Shown here piece by piece: positions 25,601 to 40,400 of a stretch of 64,000 nt of DNA. This DNA is from Ostrea edulis (lineage: Eukaryota). Made by a program: the position numbers and the translations under genes. Positions within the stretch are counted from its first letter, which is position 1, and each line of letters begins with the position of its first letter. Under the pieces are notes generated by a model that was not told where the DNA came from, did not search any database, and saw nothing but the letters and a program-made list of their open reading frames with translations. The stretch is taken from contig NC_079164.1 of the NCBI RefSeq assembly GCF_947568905.1, positions 28,458,001 to 28,522,000 on the forward strand. The letters are read 5' to 3'.

Positions 25601-28457
25601 ATTCCAAGCGTTGACAGAGGTGTAAGTGAAGCTAGTGTAATACGCCCTCTGGTGAGAGAATGCTGTATGGATACCAGCTTTGCCTTGTTCTTGTACAATG
25701 GTCATTTTGTTTACACAGAATTATTAGAGTACTGCAATGAACAATTGCTTGTGAATATAACTCGTCATCAATGTGTTTATGTTCACAAATCACAAAGTTG
25801 GTATACAATATAGTTTTTCTGATACACCAACCTGGTTCAACTGGCCTTTGGTAAGTTGGTAAAATTGGTTGAGGGACAAACCAGACTGGTTCACTCGGTG
25901 GAAGCGGGTAGCAGTCATTCTGTTCCATCACATCCTCTAGAGTATGTGGTTCCTTGGTAATTGGTGTGATTAGATCATTCAGAAAAGCCCTGTAGTAACA
26001 GAGAGAAAGGGAATATTATAAACACTCCATATTAAAATCTATCTTCAATTCCATGGACAGGTTTCCATACATGTAATTTCATGAAGAATGAGAATCTAGT
26101 GTATCAACTCACAGAGGCCAAGCACATTTGTAACAGGGATAATAAATAACAATATCAGCATTTTTTCCCATTTATAACTGGTACTGATAAACTGTACCAT
26201 TCCCAATGTCAAATACTATAACTTTTGAAGCTGAATAATGCCCTGTAACAAACTGCTAAGTCTTCAAAATTTGAGGCTCATAATTCGCCTTGTATGACTC
26301 GTAAACGTTTCTTCACGTAAGAGTTTCTTCACTTCCTCCTAAATAGAAACTACAGGTCAATAGAATGGTGCTTTTTTTTGTAAACTTGTAAACAATTTAA
26401 TGAATATTTGTTTATATTCTTATTTATTCTAGTGTTAATTTTAAAACATATGCCATATTTTGACATGAAAGAAAATTCCCAATTTGTTCTACTTTGATGC
26501 CATTCTCCCCCAATTGAATGGGTATCAATACCATTTCCATAAGGTAGGGGGGTGGGGGTGGGAATGCTGCATATACAAAGATGTTTGCATTGACACCTGG
26601 TTACAAAACCGGCTACGTCCTTATGTATTAACTGTACATGTGTGTCATATCACAGATCTTGCAGTCATTCTGCACAGTCATGTTTACCTCAGATCTTTGG
26701 AGCACCTGTCGTCTGAGTTGGAGAAGAATTTGGCAATTTCTTTGTTAATGTCTGGATAAGACTCCGTGTGTTCTCGATGGAAATAAAAAGCATTGTCCTT
26801 CTGCACACATTTCTCCTTCCTCAGGACAATGACATCAGGGCTGTGTTTTAATGAATACTTCACCTCCAGGGTTCTTACCTGAAATGGAAAAAGAACAGTT
26901 GCATTTATATGTACATGTTTAAACGATAATGCATATTTTGATTAAAAACAGCTAGTTCTCGGGTTCTACTTTACGAATCCTTACATTTCATTTTTCAACA
27001 ACGCAGTATTAAGTCTTCCCCGGAAGACATGTGTCGCCTGCTAGTTCATTCTATATGTAATATATCACGTATAATGTTGAAAAAGTAAATTATTGAAATG
27101 GTTTTTGTCACTAAACAGGAAGTTGATAAGCGACAGATTCGAAAATGTCTTACACAATACAGTTGGCCACACTGATGCTCTGTGCCAAATATCAGGGAGT
27201 TGCCCCATGTGGTTCTTGAGAAAACTGTGACAGAAATTTTTTGGCTGTAAAAAATTCTAAGTCCCGGCAAACAGGAAGTTGATAAGCGACAGATTCGAAA
27301 ATGTCTTACACAATACAGTTGGCCACAGTGATGCTCTGTGCCAAATATCAGGAAGTTACCCCATGTGGTTCTTGAGAAAACTGTGACAGAATTTTTTTTG
27401 CTGTAAAAAATTCTAAGTCCCGGCAAACAGGAAGTTGATAAGCGACAGATTCGAAAATGTCTTACACAATACAGTTGGCCACACTGATGCTCTGTGCCAA
27501 ATATCAGGGAGTTGCCCCATGTGGTTCTTGAGAAAACTGTGACAGAAATTTTTTGTGACGACGACGACGCCAGACGCCGCCGCCAGACGACGATGCAGGA
27601 CGACAGATAGTGATCCCTATGTGTCGCCACTGCGTAACGCAGGCGACACAAAAATTGAAGATAACAATATGAGCTCGTTAAACCTAGCCTAGTCCAGTTC
27701 AAGGAATACAAAGTGTTTATCTTATTCACGTAGATTTCAAAAGGGTAATACAGTAAGACACGTTTATAACAAAGTGCTGGGGTGAACAATTTTGATTTGT
27801 TATAAACTTATTTGCTAAATCCAATAAGTTCATAATACATTTTAAAACAAGATGTACTGTGAGCAATGCTCACTAAGAATACCCCCCGCTTACCCCAATC
27901 TCCCAAAGGGTGTTGTTAATAGGTATAAATTACCTCTTTCCTGAGTGTAAAAATATGGTATGCATTTGTAGAAGAAAATGGAAGATATAGTCCGAACACA
28001 AATCCATGGCATAAACCTATAATTTTGACCTTGAGATCAAAGGTCAAGGTCATAAAGAGGTCATGAATGTACATGACACATAGTCTCATGGTGATACACC
28101 CATGTCTTATGGTATGACTATGTCAAAACCCTATAATCAATTTTGACCTTGAGGTCAAAGTTCAAGGTCATATACAGGTCATGAAGGTACTCGACACATC
28201 ATCTCATGGTGATACATTCATGTGTCAAATATGATATGCCTATGTCAAAGAACAAAGAAGTCATGGCCCGGACATGAATCCATTGTAAAAACCTTTAATT
28301 TTGACCTTGAGTTCAAGGTCATATGGAGGTCATGAAGGTACATGACACATCGTCTCCTGGTGATACACTCATGTGTCAAATATGGTATGCCTATGTCAAA
28401 GAACAAAGAAGTTATGGCCCGGACACGAATCTGCACAGACAGACAGACGGACGGACG

Positions 28458-28490
<33 letters not shown>

Positions 28491-31400
28491 ATACCCCCCA
28501 GAACTTCGTTCGGGGGGTATAACTACAGGGAATGATTAATTGATTTCGCTGTAAGTGTGAATTCATTATAGTATGCTCACTGTAACCATGATTTACTGTA
28601 TTATGACTGAGCTTAAAGGTCTGGATTGACTGGCAGATCAAAATCAATATGCCCTCTGATTTATCATCTTATGGTATAACATCCCCCCAAGTGTATGGTT
28701 AGTACTTTCCTGTTAACATTCCCCGTTCCCTGATAGAAACATTAGGAGTCCACCTTGATAAATTTATTTAGGGGATATCTATTTTCTCATTTGTTATTTG
28801 AGACCATTAATGCTGATTTAACAGTGACAAACTGAGTTTTACCAGCAACGTGTCACAAACTGAGTTTAATCGGCAACGTGTCACAAACTGAGTTTAATCG
28901 GCAACGTGTCACAAACTGAGTTTAATCGGCAACGTGTCACAAACTGAGTTTTACAGGCAACGTGTCACAAACTGAGTTTTACAGGCAACGTGTCACAAAC
29001 TGAGTTTAACCAGCAACGTGTCACAAACTGAGTTTAACCGGCAACGTGTCACAAACTGAGTTTAACCAGCAATGTGTCACAAACTGAGTTTAACCGGCAA
29101 CATGTCACAAACTGAGTTTTACCAGCAACGTGTCACAAACTGAGTTTTACAGGCAATGTGTCACAAACTGAGTTTAACCGGCAACATGTCACAAACTGCA
29201 TTTTACAGGCAACATGTCACAAACTGAGTTTTACAGGCAACGTGTCACAATCTGAGTTTTACCAGCAACGTGTCACAAACTGAGTTTTACAGGCAGCGTG
29301 TCACAAACTGAATTTTATGTCACAATGGAAAGCTTTTCATCTTGTTAATGTTCATTTAATAGTCTCAAACATCAGTACATTAGGCAATCAAAAAGTAGAT
29401 TATAGAAAACAGTTACACAAGCATTCAGAATACTTGTGAAAAGACGTATTTTTATCATGACATATCCTTCCAATAACATACCTTGAAGAACTGCAATGAT
29501 GCCAGTCGCTGTGGGAAGTTCTGGTTCTGAAGGTCCTGGTAATTGTCAGGCTGAAACTTATAGATGTATCTCTGTAACAAAGGCACTGTTACATGCATGT
29601 ATAACTGCAGGTCTGGGCAGGGCTCAAACATCTCAGAAATTTCCCGAACATCTACACATTCTGATAGCTTCTTCACAGAACAGAGTTCATAGAATGGCAA
29701 AAGTTTTTCTCCCAAGTTTCGGTCTGTAGATAACAAAATAAAATGTTATAAAGCAAACTCTTTGTACTAAAAAAAAAGGGATCACCTTACTATATCTTAA
29801 AAGCAAGAATTTTATGGCAATCAAGATGCAGCATTCTGTAGAATTACAACAGACGTGAGGAGAGATGTGTCAAGTTTTGATGCATGCAACACTGAATGGA
29901 TGCAGCAAATTACAAATATAATTACAAACGTCAACAAAAGAGACATTCCCCACACAAGACTGTTAAAGCCTTAAATTTGATTCTGAATACTGATGTTTCT
30001 TTTGCCTCAATCAGTTTGCTAAGGATAGGTTATATTTACAGTAAATTTAAATTTTAGCCCACAGTGAAATAACAACATGAGTATTGCAAACAATTTTGAT
30101 GACAAAATTTCAGTGTAATATTTGTATCCATGAGACAAGAGGCCCAAAGGCCTTAACAGTCACCTGAGTACTAGTGAAAAAGTTCACTACTCCCAAGGGC
30201 TTGAAAAATTTCCTGTTCTGAATATCTAAGGGCTGTTTCAGAAATGATCAAATGGGGGGGTCGGGCGGCAAATGATATTTTTTTGTGTGGGTGGTCGTAT
30301 TTTTTCATATTTTAATTGGTCCGTGGTTGGACTGTTAAAAAAATATTTATTATGGGTAATGGGTAGTTTCTATTGTTTTATTTTGTGCCACGTGGGTGTT
30401 GAGTTTTCAGAATATTTTTATTGTCGCTCTTGTCGTGTTGGTTACAAAACGTCGGAGGGAAAATTGAAAACGTGCTTTCGAAATCGGAAATCGGAAGTAA
30501 CATAGAACTATTCGAGTTGTCGCTCTTTGCAGCGCATAACTTTCCATTACGGCACTCTTCAAATTAGAGGCGCGTTTAGTAGGGTCCCTTTGGACGTGAT
30601 GGCGGCGAACTCTGTTCTGTAGATTATTACAGTTTACAGTGCATCGATTTTGGGAATATTTTGAAACCAATAGGTATTCCATTTTCTAATAAAAATAGGC
30701 AAACCTTAGTTGATTTATACGAGGGTACCGATGCGTTATATTTATCAGTCGGTGTGATGGTGATATAGAGGCCTCCAGGCGCGGGCTCCATTAGAAGACG
30801 AACGATTCGTGGAAAAACATATCCATACCCATTTCATGATAATAGCATCGTTTGGACTCCCAATCTTTCCAACATTCCCGCCATAGATGCCTATGATTGT
30901 TGATGTGACATCGTTTCTTCAGAACTACTGTGATACAATGTCGCACAGGCATTACCGCGTCGTTGACTAGAATGTTTGTCCCGAAAACCTCGCGAGATTT
31001 GTACCGTTTTCATTTTTAAAAATATTTTTGTGGTGGGTCTGGTTAGTTTTTTTTTTTTATTAGATGGGTCATTGTAAAATGAGTTTATTAATTTGATGGG
31101 TCATGGGGTAATTTTTTATTTTTTTTTATGGGTGCTTGGTATATACAAAAGGTGCCTCCCGACCCCCCATGTATTTATTTCTGGAATAGCCCTAAGCAAA
31201 AATGTTCAGCAACAGTATAAAACAAGATGTGTTCTTAAAACTTCAATGCCCTCAAAAGTGCATACATTGATGAAAGGCTTTACAAAATATAATAGGTGTA
31301 TAAACATTAAAACCTTAATTGATATTACTAATTTGGACCCATCCTAGAGTCAAAACCCTGGGTTGTGAAATTTACCATTTTTTTTGTACATCCTTTTCTG

Positions 31401-34400
31401 CTATTCCTAAGTATGCATTTAGATTTTATACAGTAAACTTACACATAAATACTATATACTAAGTTTGACCCCACCCTGGGGTCAGAACCCCTACCCCAGA
31501 GATCATCAAATTTACAATTTTGGTAAAGGACTACCTGCTCTTTCTAAATATCCATTTAGTTTCAATTTAATATCAATAGCACTAAAGAAGATGTAATTTA
31601 AGTGTTTTACACATAAAGGCTATATAGTGAGTTTGGCCCCACCCTGGGGTCAGAACGCCTAACCCGGGGATCATGAAATTTACAATATTGGTAGAGGACT
31701 TCCTGCACTACATCAGAATATTTTTGAAAATTGGTCACTTTTGGCCCTACCCCTAGGGCCCCAGGGGTGCAGGAGTCCGTCCTGAAATTTACAATTTGTG
31801 TCCCCTTGCTTCACACCAAATTTGAAAACAATTGGAATAGTAGTTATGAAGAAGTTAAAAATGTTCAATTTGTAACGCATGACAACAGATGACAACGAAC
31901 TGACCTAAAAATGTACAGGAAACAATTCGACCTACTTTTAGCCCTAAAGTAAGTCAAGGTGTACCAATTAAGCTGAAATGCAAGCTGAACTTGTATTTCT
32001 CAATGAGAAAGCTTGTGACTAAATTTCGGGGCAATATCTATATCCACAACAAAAAAAGTCCAGAAAACTATTTAACCAACTTTTAGCTGTAAAGTAGGTC
32101 ATGATGCACAAATCCAGCTGGAATACAAACTCACACTGCTTGAGGGAGAAATTGTGACCAAATTTCAATGCTTTACATGTATCCATTACGGGAAAAAGTC
32201 CAGAAAACATGACCTCAGATGGATGGCCAGCCAACCAGACACACACACAGTGTCATAACAAACTGTAATACATCCCATCTCATGACGGGTGTATAAAAAT
32301 CAAAATGCAGCAAAAAATAAGGCTGTTATACAGTATGCAGTTTGGTTTCAAACAATTTCAAGCTTGCTGCATTTGTTATACAGAAACCAAAAACCTGTCT
32401 ATTCATAGCAAAAATTGAATTGACCTTGAATTTTGTAATCACTACGATGAAAGGGATTTGAATATCATTTGCATATTGTGCTTTCAATCCAACATAAGGT
32501 ATCAATACCAATCATCATCCAGACCAAAATTGTTAATGGTAAACATTCAGCAAAATAATGGCAAATTTGTGTTGCACACACTTTGCAACAATTAAAAAAT
32601 AACTTGCAATTGTGCTTCACAGACTCTGTGACAATTAAAAAATAAACTAGCCTAAAACTGCTTTTCCTCCACGTCTGGGCTGTGGAGTTTTATCCTCCAT
32701 GATAACAAAGTTGATGTGGTCTTTCTTCTCAAACATTTTCTCTAGTTCCCTGTTGTCTGCTATCATGGGGTTCTCCTCCACCCCCACCCATTTATTGTTG
32801 GTTGTGGCAAGAATCTTCTGTCCTTCAAGTTTCCTGCAGAACAAATTTTCCTGCATTCATATCTTCAGCATCATGGTAAAACAACATTATGAACATCATC
32901 TAATGGGTGAGGAATTGCTGTACCCCAATACTAGAGGTAAGCCAACAAATCAAGTTAAAGAAAAGGCAGCCGAAATGAAAGTTCCTAACTTTCTAAGCAC
33001 ATAATACATGTACACGTAGTAGCAAATTAATGCACTGACCACATACAAAAGTAATGATACATGTACAACCAAATCAAATAATTTCCTTTTATTTTTTTAT
33101 GCATTCACTTTGGTTACAGATTGCAACAAGAATTTCTTCCTGAAAATAAGTCCCTCATTTTTTAAAAATTATTATTATTAAGTTAGAAGTCACAGCTTTC
33201 CTGTAGGATTTACAATGTCAACAATAACTATGTAACACAAAATGGAAGCTACAGCATGCACTTACTTTCTCAGTCCTACTCTCTGTATCTCGAGGACATT
33301 CTGCTTCGTTTGATAAGGCATCGCTTGGGATTCCTCTGGTTTTAGTTTCCCCCCAATGGTAGCATACAACTGTAGAGCATCGGATAAGACTGATTTATCA
33401 GACAGACTGAGAACTTGTCCCATCAAAACGAGTAACTCGCAATACTCCAATATACTGGGTTCTATGGAGATTTTCCCAGCATTCACAAACATTACTTTGA
33501 GATCAAGCATTTGTCCATAAGTGTCAAAAAGAAGAGCATTCTTAGCTAGCTCTAAATGGTAATCTTCAATGATGTTGCTGTGCTTCAATATCAATCCAGT
33601 AGGATCTGACCACCACACCTCTTTGTTGGTTAGCATTCTACCAGCTACTAGACTGTTCAATGACCTCAGGTTCACAGAACCAGATTCGATCCTTACTGGC
33701 AAGGGTTTACCTGGCACAAAGATGACTGGGTGGTTTTGGAAGAGTTCCGTGGTTTCTACTGGAGGAAGTTGGCCATTAAGCCAGTGATATACATTAAAGA
33801 TGTGTTTTTGAGTGGTGACAAATATTTTGGGCATTTGCTCCGACTCTCTGTTGCCCCACTCGATCAAGCATTTCTTTAAATCCTGAAGTCCTACATGATG
33901 TTTAATTCCTAAAAACTGTCCAAATGAACTTCCAGGTGGCATCTGAATGCCTAGATAAAGCACAGAGTGTGACATTAGGTCCATTATCTTTTGCAGAGGA
34001 GCATACAAACAAGATGGCTGCATCATCAATACCTTCTCCGTCACAGATATCATCTCATTCTGCACACTTACACATGTCTGTAATCCTGGCAACCAACTGG
34101 AGGTTTTCAGAAGTATGCTGAAGGATGTCTCCACATCTTGACAACGTCCTCCTGATTTGTTGTACAGGCAAGTGGAGGTGTATTTTGAGAAGTGTCTATC
34201 CCACTTCTCTGCCAGAAGGACAAAGAGGATTCTCATCTGCTGGGAATATGAGGATGGTTGGCCATTGTTTTGGATCAGTTCTCTCAGCTCTGTGGAGGAC
34301 CAGTCTTCAATGTAACTTCCCTCTTGAATGGCACCAAGTATTTCACACAGTGGAGCCCAAGGAGTTGAATTCTTGGTAAAACAAGAATAAATCTATTAGT

Positions 34401-37400
34401 ACACTAATACAACTACACATTGGAATGACTTGAGCAGCAATTTGCAGCCTACTTACAATGTTTTCTGCTGAGATCTCCATCCTCATCTGTTTTACTTCTA
34501 CAAAATCAGTCACTCCAATCTTGGTGAAAAAAATCCGCCATTTCTGGATTTCAACAGGGTTTCGTTTGTTCTGGAGATAAATTGAATCCAGCAAAATCCA
34601 GTCGTATCCTACAATGAGACTTTCTTGTGAATTGTGTACATCCTTTTAACTTTTTTAAAATTGTATTTTAAGTACATGTACATCAAAATGTATAAAATTT
34701 ACTGTATATACTCGCATTTAAGTTGGTTTTTTTTTTTTTGGGGGGGGGGGGGGGGAGTATAATTTGGACTCTGAAGTCTATGTCCTACTTATACGAGCAT
34801 AATTTTTTTCTTGCCACACAACTTAGTAATTGTGTGTTTTTAATGCATCAATGTCAGTTTAATCAGTAACAAAGCGCTACGAGTGATCACTGAAATGAAA
34901 TAACAATCCCAAATACGTATCACTGCAATGTTAGTAGTGGATATATATTCAATTGATAATTTTTACATTTTGATTAGAGTCAACATACATCATTTTTAAG
35001 CGAACATGAAAGAACATCAGTATTCTATATTTCAATAATCATTGGATGGAACTAATGCACTAGATATTCTCTACATATCACATGTTTTTCTTACAATTAA
35101 AGGGGAGACAGCTGGGAGATGGATTCCCAATATTATTATGATTAAGCTACTATATAGTGGTTAATTGATTATCTAATTATTTGCCCACACTTTACTGGAA
35201 GGATGGCTTGGGTATCGAGCATGCTCTAATATAACAGCAAGTGCCCCTGATATTAAATAGCTTAGACAGTGAGCATCTTGTAACTGAATTTTCATTTCAG
35301 ATATTCGGTTTTATGTGGTAAAATTATAGGTCCAATCACTATGCCAAAGAGACCAAAAAAAATGAAACAAAATAGACTGTAAAATTATTTTCAAACTCCA
35401 AATAAAGTTATTGGTAATACGTTATACAGATCAAAATCAATGATCAGAAAATATATACCGGTAGATGTACATAAAAAAAACCTCTTCCTAGAAAATAGGT
35501 ATCGAGTTGACTGGAAATCTTATTCAATCGGACTTACAACTATAAAAGGGTCAATGTAAAATTCCTAAAAATTTCTCTGAAAATGGGTCCCCGACTTACA
35601 TGTAAATCAACTTGTATGCAAGTATTTACATAATCATAACATTGAAAAGTATGTTAACATGACATTGTAGAGATATCAATTCAAAAATTGTAGATCCTTT
35701 ACGTAAAACATCAGTAATTTTTCTACACTTGAGTCTCATTTGATTAGTTCAAACACAAGAAATATCAGGAATGTGTATAAGAAATCCCCTCCCCCTTTTA
35801 TCCTGTACCTGGTAACTCAGCCTGTAGATTGATGGCATTTTTGTAATCTGGTGGGAAATGTACGGGGACCTGGGAGGGATTCTGTAGACCTTTGTTGGTT
35901 TTCAATATGGCTGACTTTCCCAGCTCCTCCATATTGATGAGTGATGGATCAAGGTCTGTCTGTTCCTTTATGTACACTATATAACTGATTAAAATATTCT
36001 CCTTCTTATCCTGAAAAAGTAACACAACTGACTGCTCAGAACCATACATACAGTAAAACAATGGTTACAGCAAACACAATTACAACAAGAGCTCCGCAAG
36101 GTGAGGCATACCCCCTTACAATGAGTGTCTACAAGCTTTTTCTATGAAGTCCCATAATGACCTTGACCTTTTAATCCTAAATTCAATAGGGTATTTATCA
36201 TTAACAAAGCTACCTTTTCATCCTAAACTCAATAGGGTTCTTCTTATCTTATAACAAAGCCACAAGTGAAATATCAAATCAATCGAGCAACAAATGAGGC
36301 CTATAGAGTGTCTACAAGCTTTTTCTACAAAGTCTTGTTATGACCTTAAACTTTGACCCAAAAATGAATAGTGTTCTTTTTATCTTGATCACAAAGCTAC
36401 CTGTGAAGTATCAAATGAATCGAGCAACACTCACATACTTACTCACCCTCACACAAACAGTCCCGTTACTCTATTCCCTCTCACAATGAATTGCGAGGGA
36501 CAATAAATTCATGCAAAGTGATTTTCATTTCATATTGTTTTAAAACATATTATGAACTAATTGGATATAACAAATTACTTTGGTGATGATTCAAAATTAT
36601 TCATCCCCGGCACTCTGCTGTAAGCTTGTTCTACTGTACACAGTCTCAGTGAGTCTGTAGCTAGTGTACAACAACTCAAGGTTAAAGGTTAGCAAACTTG
36701 ACAATCCCCAAACTTTAAGACTCATGGTCACCTTCTGACTGCTTGTGTAAGACCACAAACAAAATCTGACATAAACAAATAGTATACAAGCCTACATTTA
36801 CAAGTTCCCAGAAATAGTACACAAAACACGGACCTTCCACGAGTCGGACTGGAGAGTAGGAATGATGTGGTGACAGATGACCTCGCGAGGAGAAAGATGA
36901 CACACTCCAATCTTCTGTAACAACTTCTGGACCTGCGAGTTCACCTCATTGTCAGTAGTAGAAACCAGAAGTGGGTGGACTGTGTTCAAATCCTGCTGTA
37001 GCACTGTCATAGGGTCTGTGCCAAGAATATCAATAAGTTGATGTTAGAAAATACTTTACATAAATTCATGTTTTACCTGCACTATAATCAAAATCTAGTA
37101 CCCCCTTTTCTACTAACCTGAAAAAAGCTCTGACCCATAAAATTTCATTGCCATTTCTCTCCACAAAGTTATTTCCCAAATTTTGTTTGTGTGAGTTGAC
37201 TCAAATTGAAGAGTGTGCTCATTATAGTGTATGTAACTTGTGCTTTAAATGATCACCGAGCACCATGATCTTATATTTTTTGCCCCACAATGACATTTTT
37301 ATAAACAATATAGGTTTTATTAACATGCAGTTGGAATTGCCTCAAGTTATATGTACAAGTAATACACTGTGTAATAAATATAAATGTATTAATGATAACA

Positions 37401-40400
37401 AAAACAATGCCTTGCTTCTTACTACTAATCAACAGTGACCTTGACCTGTAACCTTTTGAATCAGAATCAAAAAGCATAAGTGCGAGACTGATATGGTGAA
37501 ACAGTGTCCATAACATATGCTATATACACCCACACATGCATACAAGGGCAAACCATGTGTATTTCATTCCTGCATTTTGTTTCAAAGGGGAAATGACGAA
37601 CATTTAATTTTTTTCACTACAAAATGTAAACACATAGCATATTTCTTCTTACCATTATAACTAAACCCAGTGTTTTCAGACAGAGGGAAAAAGATGGTGC
37701 TGTTGTTTGTAGACTGTCTCTGATAAGTTGCCAATGGAATGATCTTCATGGCCTTCAGTTTGTCGTAAATGGACTGGTTGTCTGAAAACTCATCCAGACT
37801 TCTGTACACACAGGCCATCCACTTAGCAGTCACAAGGATATCATTATCTGTTCATCAGAGATAAAAAGGAGATCTAGGGTGCTTTGTATTTATGTTAAAT
37901 TGTTAAAAACTTGGCAATGCTTACTTTTATCATCAAATCGATCCTCTGTATTAGAAACATGATTTCTATTCTGAGCTTAGCTGATGCTGTCAATGCCAGT
38001 TTTACCAGGTAAATGGAAAATACCCTTAGTGTTTTCATGTCTTTGTATGAATTTTCAAACTAACTTTGACATTTTCAAAGGTGTGAGTGTTGCTTTCCTC
38101 ACATGCATCAGAGACAAAAGAATTTACCCTAATATTGCTGTATTTTGGACATGATGTATCAATAGCTATCGTGTATCACAACAAGTGGGAATAAATTTGT
38201 GGGTGGATGTCAGAAAGCAATCTCTTCTGCATAGGTGACAACATTTATGAAACATTCTTTTTCCCCGAAATAGTAAAATCTCTGTACCTTTGTTTTCATT
38301 TTCAGGGCTGGATGACCACTGCTGCAGTAAGGATTTCCCAATCAGAAGCAGGTGCTCTGTATTCAAAGCTTCTATACCCAGACTTTGGGTCAGGGTAGAA
38401 TTTAACATGGATGCCACGTCACGGTGGAGATAGAAAAGATTAAGAGTCTCCTTCAGAAGGTCAGAGGTCACAACCTCCAGGATTCGCGGGTCCTTCACTA
38501 TAACTGTCTGGGATGGAATTTTCCATGAACACTGGCCTGTTAATAAACAAATGAACTAAACATGATAAGGACTCTATTTACCCACCATAATTGACTTTCA
38601 TGCTTTTCTTTCAAAAATGATTTATGCTCTCGAGCTCTGCAAGAATTCCTATTAAGCAACTCAATTGTTATTCTCAATTTGATTAAAATGACATTAAACA
38701 GGAATTACAGTGTCAAAAACATGATGGTTTGCTGCAATGTTTGGTATTTTGACATGAAAATTTTTCAGTTTTTCTTCTGTAAAACAGAGAGGGCAGGCTT
38801 AGACCAACTTCATATTATACATATATTTATCTTTTCAGTACACATGTATGATCATGGTAAAATTTTGCATTCCAAAGCTGTGCTTCATGTTTTCTGCAAG
38901 AAAGACTTTGACTAACTAGAAACGTTTCAAAAATATGTATGCCCCATGATGCAAAATTGAAAAGGGTTATATGCATCATTTAATTGATAGTCTTTCACTA
39001 TACCTCCATAAAAACTCTTCCAAATCAGCACAAGGAAAGTGTAAACATATGTATTTATTAACAATGAATATGTAACCTTGTGACCTCAAAAGCAATAGGG
39101 ATCATCTACTCTTTGGGTAAAATCAGTGTACCAAGTTTGATATCTGTCGGGAAAGAATTCTCAAGATGGAGCAGACAATACTATGTCCAGTTTGACCCTT
39201 GACTTTGTAACCCCAAAACCAACAGGGGTGGAGTTATCTACTCTTTTGGATGTACATGTACCATGTATTAAGTTTGGTGTCAATCGAGCAAATGGTTCTA
39301 AAAATATAGATGAGACAATATATTACTATATCCAGTTTGACCCTTGACCTTTAGATAATCTACTTCTTATAATGTACCTAGCTGATGTATGTCAAGGAAA
39401 GGGTTCTAGAGATATTGAGCGGACAATATAGAGAAGATTTTTTTTTAATTTTTAAATTTTGGAACTTTATGTCCAGCCCCTAAGGCCCAACAGGTGCAGG
39501 AATCCTGAAATTTACAATTAAGGTCCCATTGTCCCAAAAATGCCTTATACCATTTGAAAACAACTGGAATGGTAGTTATCAAGAAGTTAAAAATGATCTA
39601 TCATTTACACATTTAATATCTGACCATTTTGACCCCACCCTGATACCAAAAGCCCTATCCCTGGGGTCATCAAATTTACAATAATTATTGTGGTAAAGAG
39701 CTACCTGCTCTTTCTAAAGGGAGAAAATGCAATGGACCAGACCGGGATTTGATCGCTGGTGGCCAGATAGCTCAGTTGGTAGAGCACCTGACTAGAGATT
39801 CAGGGGGCCCAGGTTCAAATCCCGGTCTGGTCCATTGCATTTTCTCCCTTTCTGTTACATTTGGTGCCGTGACAGGTGAAAATGCCTGCCAGGGGATAAA
39901 GATCCTGGGTTGATGTTTTCAGGTGTGAAGAATTTAAGGAGGGAGGAATGTAGTGGTCAGCCGGGTTCGATCGCCGGTGGCCAGATAGCTCAGTTGGTAG
40001 AGCACCTGACTAGAGATTCAGGGGGCCCGGATTCGAATCCCAGTCTGGTCCGTTACATTTCCTCCCTTCCTGTTAAAGATTAGACAACAGGTATTGCCTA
40101 TATAAACCTTCTCCATAAATAATTTGTTATTTATAAATCATCCTTGATATGGTCAGTCTTATGGTACCTTCACATTCACGGATTTTTCTTACGGATCCTT
40201 ATGTATTCCACAAATCTGTAAAAGTACGTGGATTGTTATGATGTACACACTTTAAAGAGCTATTTAAGAATGTTTTAAGAGTATTTACTGACCATTTACG
40301 ATTTATTACGAGTTCTTGCGATGCATTTATGGCAAACATTTACGATTTGTTCTGAGTGAACACGGATAAATACAAGCAATTTACAACATTTTACGAGCTT

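Noticed and set aside
27046-27789. 247-aa minus-strand ORF
   Set aside because: It is a read-through of 156-bp core repeats (a multiple of 3) in a non-autonomous element.
28826-29322. CRISPR-like appearance of this array and of the 36-bp, 48-bp and 51-bp arrays
   Set aside because: The repeats are contiguous without unique spacers, there are no cas genes, and the context is eukaryotic introns.
39761-40051. Functional tRNA-Ser(AGA) genes
   Set aside because: The anticodon loop is 8 nt, the long variable arm of serine tRNAs is missing, the T stem has mismatches, and the sequences are embedded in repeat DNA.
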